Shown here: in pieces, positions 1-8,130 of the stretch | How positions within the stretch are numbered: position 1 is the stretch's first letter | Layout of the letters: each line of letters begins with the position of its first letter | NCBI GenBank assembly: GCA_019828565.1 | Contig: JAHDYR010000005.1 | Span: 459,200-523,199 of the forward strand | DNA: 64,000 bases | Direction of reading: 5' to 3' | Source of the DNA: Carpediemonas membranifera BICM | Taxonomy: Eukaryota > Protista > Fornicata | Position numbers and translations under genes: made by a program | The notes under the pieces: model-generated | Database searches by the model: none | The model's input: only the letters and a program-made list of their open reading frames with translations | Told to the model about the DNA's origin: nothing

Positions 1-1674
1 GGCTGGACCGCTGCCCCGTTCGTGTTCCAGTCTACGTCCATCCAGCTAGCAAAGATACTCGCGAACCGCTTCAACGTGACAATAGCGGTGTACCTCGACG
101 ACTTTCTCATCTCACATCGGTCACGTCGCCACCTAGCAGACGCCGCTCCCCAAATAGTCGCGCTCATGAGGTCGCTGGGAGCTATCCCAGGGCTCAACAA
201 GTGCATCCTAACTCCCACACAACGCCTGGAGTACCTAGGAGTCACCATCAACACAGCCGCCGAGACACTGCAGATTTCCAAGGACAGAGCCGATCGCTAT
301 GCAACATCAATCGAGCAGGCCCTCAGGGCCGGCAGGGTCGATGCAACCGAGTGGCAACGCTTACTAGGCCGCCTCTCGTTCTTCGCAAGTACGACACAGT
401 TCGCCAGGCTCCAGCTCAGATCACTCCAGGCCCTACATCCCGCCTCGACGCTTCACATCTCGCAGCAGATGCGTCGCCAGCTCAACAGCTGGCTAGCGCT
501 GCTCAGAGATCGTCCATCCAGACCCTTCGCTCAGGCCAGGGCAGACTGGGAGATCAAGGACGAACTCCAGCTCTCGGTCGCATCCGACGCGTCCTCCTTC
601 GCGTGGGGCGCCTGCCTATTCAACGGCGACCAGGGCCGCTCGGCTCAAGGCCGCTTTCCTCCCGAGTTCCGAGACTCTCATATCGGAGTCAAGGAGCTCT
701 ACGCGATTGGCCAGGCTATCAAGCTCACCCCAACCCAGCGCACCAGGACCCAACTAGCTATCTTTTCGGACAACACCGCGGCCATCGCATGGGTCAACCG
801 CCAGGGCTCCCCATGTCTCGCCGACACGGCCATTCGACTCCTGCAGGATATCTTCACCACGGCGAACACGAAGAATGTCGATATTCACTGCTTCCATATC
901 GCAGGGCACCTCAATGTCCAGGCGGACCGGCTGTCGAGATTCGCAAAGCTCGATTGGCACTCACCCCGCGAGGTACTCGAGACGATAATGGCCAAGTGGG
1001 GTCCGGCGGAGATAGACGTCACTGCATCTCCGGACAAGAAGCTCGCACTGCCAGGATTCGTCAGGAAAGCTTGGTCCCTCGACGATCACGGCTTCCAGCG
1101 CTCCTGGACCGGCGCCAGGATCTATCTGGCTCCGCCGACAGCGCTTTTGGGAGCGGCACATCGTCGTCTGGAGAAGATTCGGACGCCTCAGACCCCGACT
1201 ACGTCCCCTCGGACGTGGAGGTCAGCGGCAATACTCCTCTTCCCCGATCTCAACTCACCCGAAGTCAGAGCGCTGAAACGGCTGTCCCAACACAAGATGT
1301 ATCTCAGAGTCCACTCCTCGCACATGCTCAACACGGAGCTATCCTGGACCGAGAGGCAAGGAAAGATCAGAATGATTGCGATGATCGTCAAGACCCGTTC
1401 GACGAACTCCTCCGCCACGACAGGCTATCTCACTTCCGAAACGAGTCATCGCGCCGCTCAGCGGCTGGCTGGGTCTCTAAGTTCGTCCTATCGCGACAGG
1501 CAGCCCTCTCCGACGCCGAACAACTCAGAGCATTCCTCCTCGCTGAGGGCGAGACCACTGGCCCGCAGAGTATCCACAGAAAGGGCTACTGGATCTGTCA
1601 AGCGGCTCCACTCGTCTCCAACTGGCGACCTCCGCCAGAAGCCAGGCAGATCATCAAGAGTGCGGAGAACGTAG
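1..1674 (+). CDS. Reverse transcriptase-RNase H-methyltransferase-like protein (5' partial), F1a
   Basis: Frame open from base 1 (GWTAAPFVFQ), VYLDDFL, LEYLGV, RNase H acidic residues, then LDW..KWG..ID..W..IYLAPP (DIRS MT-like). Confidence 0.92.
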   Translation, partial: GWTAAPFVFQSTSIQLAKILANRFNVTIAVYLDDFLISHRSRRHLADAAPQIVALMRSLGAIPGLNKCILTPTQRLEYLGVTINTAAETLQISKDRADRYATSIEQALRAGRVDATEWQRLLGRLSFFASTTQFARLQLRSLQALHPASTLHISQQMRRQLNSWLALLRDRPSRPFAQARADWEIKDELQLSVASDASSFAWGACLFNGDQGRSAQGRFPPEFRDSHIGVKELYAIGQAIKLTPTQRTRTQLAIFSDNTAAIAWVNRQGSPCLADTAIRLLQDIFTTANTKNVDIHCFHIAGHLNVQADRLSRFAKLDWHSPREVLETIMAKWGPAEIDVTASPDKKLALPGFVRKAWSLDDHGFQRSWTGARIYLAPPTALLGAAHRRLEKIRTPQTPTTSPRTWRSAAILLFPDLNSPEVRALKRLSQHKMYLRVHSSHMLNTELSWTERQGKIRMIAMIVKTRSTNSSATTGYLTSETSHRAAQRLAGSLSSSYRDRQPSPTPNNSEHSSSLRARPLARRVSTERATGSVKRLHSSPTGDLRQKPGRSSRVRRT

Positions 1675-2300
1675 CATCTCTCGACGGCCTAACAGGAGGC
1701 GCACTACCGGTGACCAGAGCCCAGGTCCGCAAGGTCGTCGACAGGCGACGCTCCTCACCGAAAGCGTTCCAGGTAGCGCTGTTCGCTGCACTTACATTCA
1801 TCTCAGTCAGCCGGGGAGGCGAGATCTTCGGCCTGACGAGAGGCGACATCTCTTTCGATGAACAGGGCAACGCTATGCTCTGGTTCCCCCGCACCAAGAC
1901 GGCCACGGGCATCCATAAGCTTATTCCTAACAGGTCATGGGACCGCTTCAACCCGGCAAGAGCCCTCAAGGCCTGGGTCCCAACTGCGACGCGACACAAT
2001 TCCGACTCGATCTGGCGCATGATCGGTCCATCGGGAGGTATATCACTCACGTGTCCACTTGCAGCGTCCACCCTCCGCACATGGATCCACAGCGCCTTCG
2101 GCCCGAGCGTTTCATGGCACTCCTTCCGCAAGGGGGCAGCTACTGAGCTGGCAGTGGCCAACACAAACACGGAGGTCCTCCTTTCAATGGGCACGTGGTC
2201 ATCTACGAAGAGCATGCTGAGGTACATGGGTAACGGGGTACGCACCCATCCAGGGGTCCAGGGTCACCTGGCCTCAATTCTACTACAACCACCACTCTAA
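201..2300 (+). CDS. Tyrosine recombinase in frame overlapping RT (true start probably upstream of window; YR domain ~1400-2300), F1a
   Basis: Catalytic set SRGGE, RTKT, HSFRKG, GTW, MLRY. Confidence 0.88.
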   Translation: MHPNSHTTPGVPRSHHQHSRRDTADFQGQSRSLCNINRAGPQGRQGRCNRVATLTRPPLVLRKYDTVRQAPAQITPGPTSRLDASHLAADASPAQQLASAAQRSSIQTLRSGQGRLGDQGRTPALGRIRRVLLRVGRLPIQRRPGPLGSRPLSSRVPRLSYRSQGALRDWPGYQAHPNPAHQDPTSYLFGQHRGHRMGQPPGLPMSRRHGHSTPAGYLHHGEHEECRYSLLPYRRAPQCPGGPAVEIRKARLALTPRGTRDDNGQVGSGGDRRHCISGQEARTARIRQESLVPRRSRLPALLDRRQDLSGSADSAFGSGTSSSGEDSDASDPDYVPSDVEVSGNTPLPRSQLTRSQSAETAVPTQDVSQSPLLAHAQHGAILDREARKDQNDCDDRQDPFDELLRHDRLSHFRNESSRRSAAGWVSKFVLSRQAALSDAEQLRAFLLAEGETTGPQSIHRKGYWICQAAPLVSNWRPPPEARQIIKSAENVASLDGLTGGALPVTRAQVRKVVDRRRSSPKAFQVALFAALTFISVSRGGEIFGLTRGDISFDEQGNAMLWFPRTKTATGIHKLIPNRSWDRFNPARALKAWVPTATRHNSDSIWRMIGPSGGISLTCPLAASTLRTWIHSAFGPSVSWHSFRKGAATELAVANTNTEVLLSMGTWSSTKSMLRYMGNGVRTHPGVQGHLASILLQPPL

Positions 2301-2521
2301 ATCACGACGGGAGTCGTGGGGCAGTGACGATTAGCACGGTACCGACATTCTTGGACGCGAACCCACGAGGGGTTGGTCGGGGGGCCCACTTGCGTGCCTG
2401 TGGGCCAACCATTGTTAGCACGTTGCCGGCGGGATATCCCCGTTGGTTAATGAAAAGAATGTCATGAGGCTAGGATAGCTAGCGTGGCTAGTTTAGCGGG
2501 GGAAGACGAGCGGAAAAGAAG

Positions 2522-2594
2522 CGCCCACCGAGGGGCTCGAACCCTCGACCACTGGATTAAGAGTCCAGCGCTCTACCGACTGAGCTAGACGGGC
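2522..2594 (-). tRNA. tRNA-Lys(CTT)
   Basis: Reverse complement GCCCGTCTAGCTCAGTCGGTAGAGCGCTGGACTCTTAATCCAGTGGTCGAGGGTTCGAGCCCCTCGGTGGGCG: 73-nt cloverleaf with A and B boxes, no encoded CCA, TTTT run just downstream. Confidence 0.97.
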
Positions 2595-2599
2595 TTGCA

Positions 2600-2854
2600 G
2601 GTACGGCGCGAAGCCAACCCTCTCGGACAAGCGTGGTCCGGGGCCAGTGACGGCAACCCCCTTGCTCTGGGCTGGGATTCCTGGGGTAAGCCGGCAGCGC
2701 TCAGGTGGGGTCCTGGAGCCTCACCCTGATCGTTTGGGTTTGGTCTCGAAATGTCCTGATTGGATCATTTCCAGAACCTCGAGAACGAGCCCGATGCCTA
2801 ATAAACATCCTGTTGCCATTTATGACGTAGCCCGTTGTGATCGTGCAGGGCACG
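2600..2854 (+). repeat. Probable A-type terminal segment (A2 of F1a or left end of F5)
   Basis: Begins GTAC followed by short hairpins, like the other left ends. No second copy found in the window. Confidence 0.35.
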
Positions 2855-3057
2855 GCGTACCGTCGTAGACGTAGACACAGTGCGCCTTGGGGCGCGGTCC
2901 ACAAGGGTCCGAGTGGGGTGCCGATCACCTGGACCCAAACCCAAAAGATTCGGGAGAATCTTCTAGATTCGTGGAAAATATTCGGCTGGTGACCTGGGAC
3001 GTTTAAGCCAATTTAACCAAGGGGGGAAAACCTCCCCTGTTCGGCACATCCCTGGAA

Positions 3058-3597
3058 ATGGCTGACGACGAGCAAGACGCAGCCAGTAAGCTCCTCCAAC
3101 TCGAGGAGCTCGTCAAGACTCAGGCTGAGACAATTGCAAGCCTTGTTGAGTCTGTTGAGGACGTTCGGACCAATGCCGAGGACACTCGAAAGCCTTCTAA
3201 GATCCCGGCCGTCACAAAGGAATTCTCGCACCTGCGTGCTATTCACGCCGAGATCAAGACCGTTCTTGCTGACCCCGCAACCACGTCTATTGAGACCATA
3301 GCAACCAAAGTGAACATCATTATCGAGCGCCGCCTTGAGTTCCTCCGTGTCCTCGACGACGCCGGGGAGGACGCCGCACGCTACTTCCAAGTTACAGCTG
3401 CAACCGAGAACAACCCGCGAGAATTCATCAAGCTAGCCGCGAAAGCGAAGAAAGCCGCTCCGCCCCAGAGCTTCCGCCATCGCCAGCAGATCCGTAAGCC
3501 TTTCTCGCGCAACAGGTACTTCCAGCGCTCCCCACAGCGCCACTTCACAGCTTCGAACGCCTCGGGCAACCGCAATGCGGCCCCGGGGCAGCAATAA
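3058..3597 (+). CDS. Gag-like ORF1, F2
   Basis: First ORF, coiled-coil N-terminus and basic C-terminus. Homologous to ORF1 of F3 and F4 (RRLEFLR motif). Confidence 0.8.
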   Translation: MADDEQDAASKLLQLEELVKTQAETIASLVESVEDVRTNAEDTRKPSKIPAVTKEFSHLRAIHAEIKTVLADPATTSIETIATKVNIIIERRLEFLRVLDDAGEDAARYFQVTAATENNPREFIKLAAKAKKAAPPQSFRHRQQIRKPFSRNRYFQRSPQRHFTASNASGNRNAAPGQQ

Positions 3598-3614
3598 GCG
3601 GCCAAGAAGAGGTT

Positions 3615-6600
3615 ATGCCCACCTCGAAGACAATAAAAGGCACTATCTACGTTTACGAGCACTATGAGACGAGAAGAAGCAAGAAAGCAAGTACAAGAGC
3701 AAGAGACATCAACAGACAAGCAACCGATCAAAGCTGCGCAGTCACGCAAGTCGTACGACGCTCCGCCCGACTCTTGCCCGGTGTCCCGGGCACAGGTGGT
3801 GGGCTCGATGAGCCGCGCCTGGAGGGAGTGGGAGGCCTTGGGGGCCAGCAAGGAGGTCGTGAGCACACTGAGAGACGGGGTGAAGGTAGCCCCGGCAACG
3901 CCCAACGCCCCGAGAGCGAACGGGAGGGAAGGCCCAATAAGCGAGATGCTGAAGGAGCTAGTGAACATTCAAGCTTTAGAGGTAGCAACGGCGAGCAACA
4001 TATCCCCGGTCTTCCTGATTCCGAAGAAACCATCGGATTGGAGACTCATACACGACCTCCGGCCGGTCAACTTTTTCCAACAGGTCCGCAAGTTTCGGTT
4101 GAAGGGGTTGATGGAGGTGGCGGCCAATCTGGCACAGGGGGCATGGTTGACGAGCGTCGACCTGAAGTCCGGCTACTACCAGGTGCTCATGGCGGAGGAG
4201 GCCAAGGAGTACCTGGGGATTACCCACGAAGGAACAACATATCGGTGGAGAGCCCTGCCCTTCGGCCTCAACACAGCACCAGAGGCATTCCAGAGGGTCA
4301 CCGCCCAGGCGGCAAAGATTATTCGAAGAGAGTTTGGCGTGCAGGTGTTCGTATACCTAGACGACCTGCTGTTCGCAGACCACTCACGCGCATCACTCGC
4401 GGAGAAGATGCCAGGCATACTCGCGCTGATGAGAAGACTCGGCATGGTAATCTCGCAGGAGAAGTCTGTTGCTGTGCCAACGCAGGAGCTCGAGTACCTC
4501 GGGGTGGTGATCAACTCAGCAGAGGGATGCATGTACCTGACAGAGAGAAAGGCCACAGACATGATCAGCTTGATCGACAGACTGCAGAAGGAGAGACGGT
4601 TCCTAGTCAAGGACCTCCAAGCCCTCATCGGGAAGCTGCTGTTCGCACGGTTCGCCGTGGGAGCTCGGGCCCTGCCCAGGCTACGCGAGCTTCAATGTGC
4701 GGCGGCCTCACTCGCAGGAAAGTTACGGGGCACGAAGAAGGACATCCCACAGGAAGCGAGGACAGACCTGCGGTGGTGGGCGAGAACACTGAGGAGAGAC
4801 CCGCACTGGTGCTTTCTCACGAACGGGAGAGAGATTCGGATCGAGACGGACGCGAGCGACCATGCTTACGGTGGCGCCATCTGGACAGAGTTCGGGACCG
4901 ACTCGTTTCAGGACACGTTCGACCAGACATTCGTAGGCAAATCAATCAACTGCAAGGAGGCGAAGGCCATGGACATAGCGCTGCGCCGCTGGGAGCGGAG
5001 GATAGCCGGCAGGGACGTCTTATTAGTCGGCGACAACACGTCAGCACTGGCCTGGATCGGGAAGAGCAGTACAAAGGCACCGGCCCACATGCGACGAGAG
5101 GTGAAGGAGCTCCACGACTTCTTACACGCGATCGGGGCGAGGGTGCGAACAAAGCACGTCCCGGGTCTGCTCAACACCACAGCGGACGACCTCTCGAGAT
5201 TCAAGAAGCTCGACTGGGCGATGCCGGCATCACTAGCGGCGAGGGCAGCAGAGCAGTGGGGCACAACCGACAGATCGCTGTTCGCAACACGAACTTTCCT
5301 GCCAGAGGACTTGGGCTATGTAGAAGACGCCTTCACGGCGGACTGGACCGAGTGCAGGTCAATCGCAGTCCCACCAGTTGCGCTCTTACCCCGCGTGACC
5401 GCCAGATTGAGAGAGATATGGCAACAGTCAGAGGTCACCCCAGCCCAGCAGCCCAGGGGAGTGGTAGTAATCGCACCGCAGAGAGGCACCAACGTGGACC
5501 TGGACCTGAACCGGATGTCCCAGGACAAAATCGAAGTCACGCTGCCGGCACACTGGTGGACCGGCACAGAGATAGAGAACTTGTTCGCCGGGAAGGATCG
5601 TATCCCTTTCGTGGCTTACTGGGTGCCGGTGAGGTCGACATTGGCACAGCTTTGTCCGCCCCATGGGTGATGGCAAGACACAGGGCCATGCGAGCCGCAG
5701 GTCAGACCCCAGAGAGGCCACCTCTCGTGTCAATGGACACGCGAGCCAAGAGTCAAGAGTAGTCAAATAGAGGCCCAGCTCACGAATAACCCCCTCCTCA
5801 TGGACAAGGAAGTATCTACCAGGCAGCGCATCGCCGCAGAGACAGCCAAATTCACGTTTTTCCGATCATCAGTCCGGCATGACCCCGACTGTGACTCTGA
5901 CTGTGACTCTGACTGTGACTTACCTCAGGACGACCCTGCCCCGACGGCCAGGGACACGGCACAGGCGACGCTGGACCGAGCAAGGCAGGAACTCACAGAC
6001 CGCGAGTGGTTGCACGAGTTCGCCGAGCTCCTTGACGCCATTGAGCCGGCAGACGCACTGATGTTGTATCTATTTTCCGAAATCCCCTTCGTCGCCAGAG
6101 ACACATTCATCACGAAGGAGGCGAACATCAGAATGGGACTGGAGGCACTGGGCGAGAGCGCTGAGACGACAAGGTTGCATCGGGCCCTGACCAGGGCAGG
6201 TGCGAGGCTAGCAGGCCGATGCGAGCTAACGCCCGGACGTAAGACTGGGAAGGCTTGGCCAATCAGGCGTGAGACGCTGGAGGCTGCGGCTAGGTCAGCC
6301 GGGGCACACGCGACCCCGCCCCTCACTCAGGCAATTGCCTTTGGCCTGGTGACGTTTGCGACAGTGTCGCGAGCAGGCGAGATCCGGGCACTCAAGACAG
6401 AGGATGTGAGGCACGGCGGAGCAGACGGCGCGCTGGAGATTACGATACGACACACAAAAGACAAGGGATGAAGCGACGCTGAAGTTGGTTCCCTCAGCCG
6501 ACGACCAGCTGCGGTCACCAGCCTGGTGGCTCGCCATGCACATGAGTAACCTACCAGATGAAGGCCCCTTGTGGCGTTCGTACACCCATAGCCAGGCAAC

Positions 6601-6847
6601 ACTACGAGAGAGCCGGTCCGCGTTGAAGGGGGCGCAGGAGCCGTGGGCGCGATTCGAAATGATGATGGACCTCGAGGAAGTATTCAAGGCCACCGGACAT
6701 TCCTTCCGCCGCGGCGCCGCAGTACATCTGGTTGAATCTGGAACTCCAATGGAAGTGGTGCAAGCCTTGGGGGGATGGCGGGCGCAAGACTCAGTACAAA
6801 CGTACATCAGTGAAGCAATACGACTGTCCAGAAGCGCATGGAGCTGA
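3615..6847 (+). pseudogene. Overlapping YR ORF of F2 copy 1, broken by two small indels (~5712 and ~6457)
   Basis: Intact 1078-aa version in copy 2. Here an AG dinucleotide is missing and there is an extra A in an A-run, which may be sequencing errors. Confidence 0.75.
3664..5670 (+). CDS. RT-RNase H-MT-like protein, F2
   Basis: WRLIHDLRPVN, DLKSGYYQ, LPFGL, YLDD, ETDAS, INCKE, GDN, ADDLSR, DAFTADW..AVPP. Confidence 0.95.
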   Translation: MRREEARKQVQEQETSTDKQPIKAAQSRKSYDAPPDSCPVSRAQVVGSMSRAWREWEALGASKEVVSTLRDGVKVAPATPNAPRANGREGPISEMLKELVNIQALEVATASNISPVFLIPKKPSDWRLIHDLRPVNFFQQVRKFRLKGLMEVAANLAQGAWLTSVDLKSGYYQVLMAEEAKEYLGITHEGTTYRWRALPFGLNTAPEAFQRVTAQAAKIIRREFGVQVFVYLDDLLFADHSRASLAEKMPGILALMRRLGMVISQEKSVAVPTQELEYLGVVINSAEGCMYLTERKATDMISLIDRLQKERRFLVKDLQALIGKLLFARFAVGARALPRLRELQCAAASLAGKLRGTKKDIPQEARTDLRWWARTLRRDPHWCFLTNGREIRIETDASDHAYGGAIWTEFGTDSFQDTFDQTFVGKSINCKEAKAMDIALRRWERRIAGRDVLLVGDNTSALAWIGKSSTKAPAHMRREVKELHDFLHAIGARVRTKHVPGLLNTTADDLSRFKKLDWAMPASLAARAAEQWGTTDRSLFATRTFLPEDLGYVEDAFTADWTECRSIAVPPVALLPRVTARLREIWQQSEVTPAQQPRGVVVIAPQRGTNVDLDLNRMSQDKIEVTLPAHWWTGTEIENLFAGKDRIPFVAYWVPVRSTLAQLCPPHG

Positions 6848-7411
6848 GCTAACTGTAGATAGAAGATATAGAAGATAAGAAGAGCACAATGTGTACAAAT
6901 GAGTGTTAAAATAAGAACAGAAGCGAAGACAGAGACCAAAGAACCATTATGCCCAGTTGCAAAGTCAAGGTCATGGTGAAAAAACTAACGTCAGAAGAGG
7001 AGGGGCGGACGACCATATAGGGTCTATAGAACTCGGTAAGGGGTGTCTCAATTATATTTATTTGATGGCGGGATACATCAATTGGAGACTTCGACTGTTG
7101 TCGACTAACAGTCGGCGTACCGTCGTAGACGTAGACACAGTGCGCCTTGGGGCGCGGTCCACAAGGGTCCGAGTGGGGTGCCGATCACCCGGACCCAAAC
7201 CCAAAAGATTCGGGAGAATCTTCTAGATTCGTGGAAAATATTCGGCTGGTGACCTGGGACGTTTAAGCCAATTTAACCAAGGGGGGAAAACCTCCCCTGT
7301 TCGGCACATCCCTGGAAATGGCTGACGACGAGCAAGACGCTCAGCCTGATCCAGGAGTATAAATTTGATCTAATCAATTGGAGACTTCGACTGTTGTCGA
7401 CTAACAGTCGT

Positions 7412-7485
7412 GCATATCATCGATATGTAAGCTATCACGCCTCGGGCGTGGCTCACGCCCTGACACTTCGTCGACCAAATGGTCG
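7412..7485 (+). repeat. Solo A-B remnant of F4
   Basis: 7412-7467 equals the first 56 bp of F4 (from 54658). 7468-7485 equals the last 18 bp of the F4 B arm (TCGTCGACCAAATGGTCG). Confidence 0.88.
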
Positions 7486-7608
7486 TTGAAGGTAAGCGGA
7501 GGCACCGGACGATCTTCGGCTGAGCGGTCGAGGTCTTATTGATGCTGGCTCTTAGGTCGAATCAGAGTCAGATCAATCCTGGCCAGTTCGAAGAAAGGCA
7601 AGAATACT

Positions 7609-8130
7609 ATGAATACTATGCAGATGAACGCCAATCAAGAGGAACAGCTTCAGAACGCCACAGCTTCGATTCAGGAGCTCATGGTCACCGTCCAGCAGCT
7701 CAAGCAGGAGCTTGCCACGCAAGAGGACCAGAAGCGTCTGGAAAAGACGATCAAGCAGCTCCGTGAGGAGTCCAACGTTGTCTGGCAGCGCCCCGCCAGC
7801 AACACGATGAAGGAGGAAACAGATTTTCTCGAGAACCTCTACCGCACCTTCAAGTTTGGCGAATGCTCAGGCTACACCGTGCTGTCGCAGATATATTTGC
7901 GCCACCGTGTGCTCTGGGTGAAGGACCATTACGGATACCTCCCCTCCCTGCAGGTCGCCACCGCCGGCGCAGCCGCTCTTGCTGAAAGCCCCGAGATGGG
8001 CCCAGCCGAGATTAACGCAAAGGTAGTGCTGAAGACCCTCGCCAAGAACCCCCACCTCAAGGAGAGGAAGTCCGAGTCGTCCAATTTTCACGGCGCGGGC
8101 AAGTCCAAGAAGGGCCCGAAGCGCCTTTAA
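7609..8130 (+). CDS. Gag-like ORF1, F5
   Basis: EETDFL..RHRVLWVKDHY aligns with DEAKFL..RFKVLLLKDDY of F1b gag. Confidence 0.7.
   Translation: MNTMQMNANQEEQLQNATASIQELMVTVQQLKQELATQEDQKRLEKTIKQLREESNVVWQRPASNTMKEETDFLENLYRTFKFGECSGYTVLSQIYLRHRVLWVKDHYGYLPSLQVATAGAAALAESPEMGPAEINAKVVLKTLAKNPHLKERKSESSNFHGAGKSKKGPKRL

Larger units (their letters stand above)
1..2594 (+). mobile_element. YR retrotransposon F1a (DIRS order, PAT-like), 5' part outside window, ending at an antisense tRNA-Lys
   Basis: RT YLDD, RNase H (SDAS...VKEL...SDN...ADRLSR), MT-like tail and overlapping YR ORF. Clearly related to F1b at 42138-45774. Right boundary uncertain. Confidence 0.88.
2855..7410 (+). mobile_element. 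YR retrotransposon F2 copy 1, full length with split direct repeats
   Basis: A1 2855-3080 matches A2 7115-7340. B1 7077-7114 matches B2 7373-7410. Contains gag, RT-RH-MT and YR. Near-identical to 50100-54656. Confidence 0.96.

Noticed and set aside
2522-2594. Bacterial prophage or genomic island integrated at a tRNA
   Set aside because: The recombinases overlap DIRS-type RTs, no duplicated tRNA 3' end was seen, and the neighbouring genes are eukaryotic.
5888-5920. GACTGTGACTCT tandem repeat (DCDS peptide)
   Set aside because: Small in-frame slippage in an acidic linker. F3 and F4 lack it.
5700-6470. Programmed frameshifts in F2 copy 1 YR (also F4 copy 2 near 60890)
   Set aside because: The indels are in short repeats or homopolymers and sister copies are intact, so they are mutations or sequencing errors.
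7318-7350. Hammerhead ribozyme (CTGACGA followed by a stem)
   Set aside because: No GAAA after the putative stem II. The motif is explained by the gag start codons.
7077-7410. CRISPR-like palindromic repeats
   Set aside because: Only two copies per element, no spacer array and no cas genes. They are split direct repeats.
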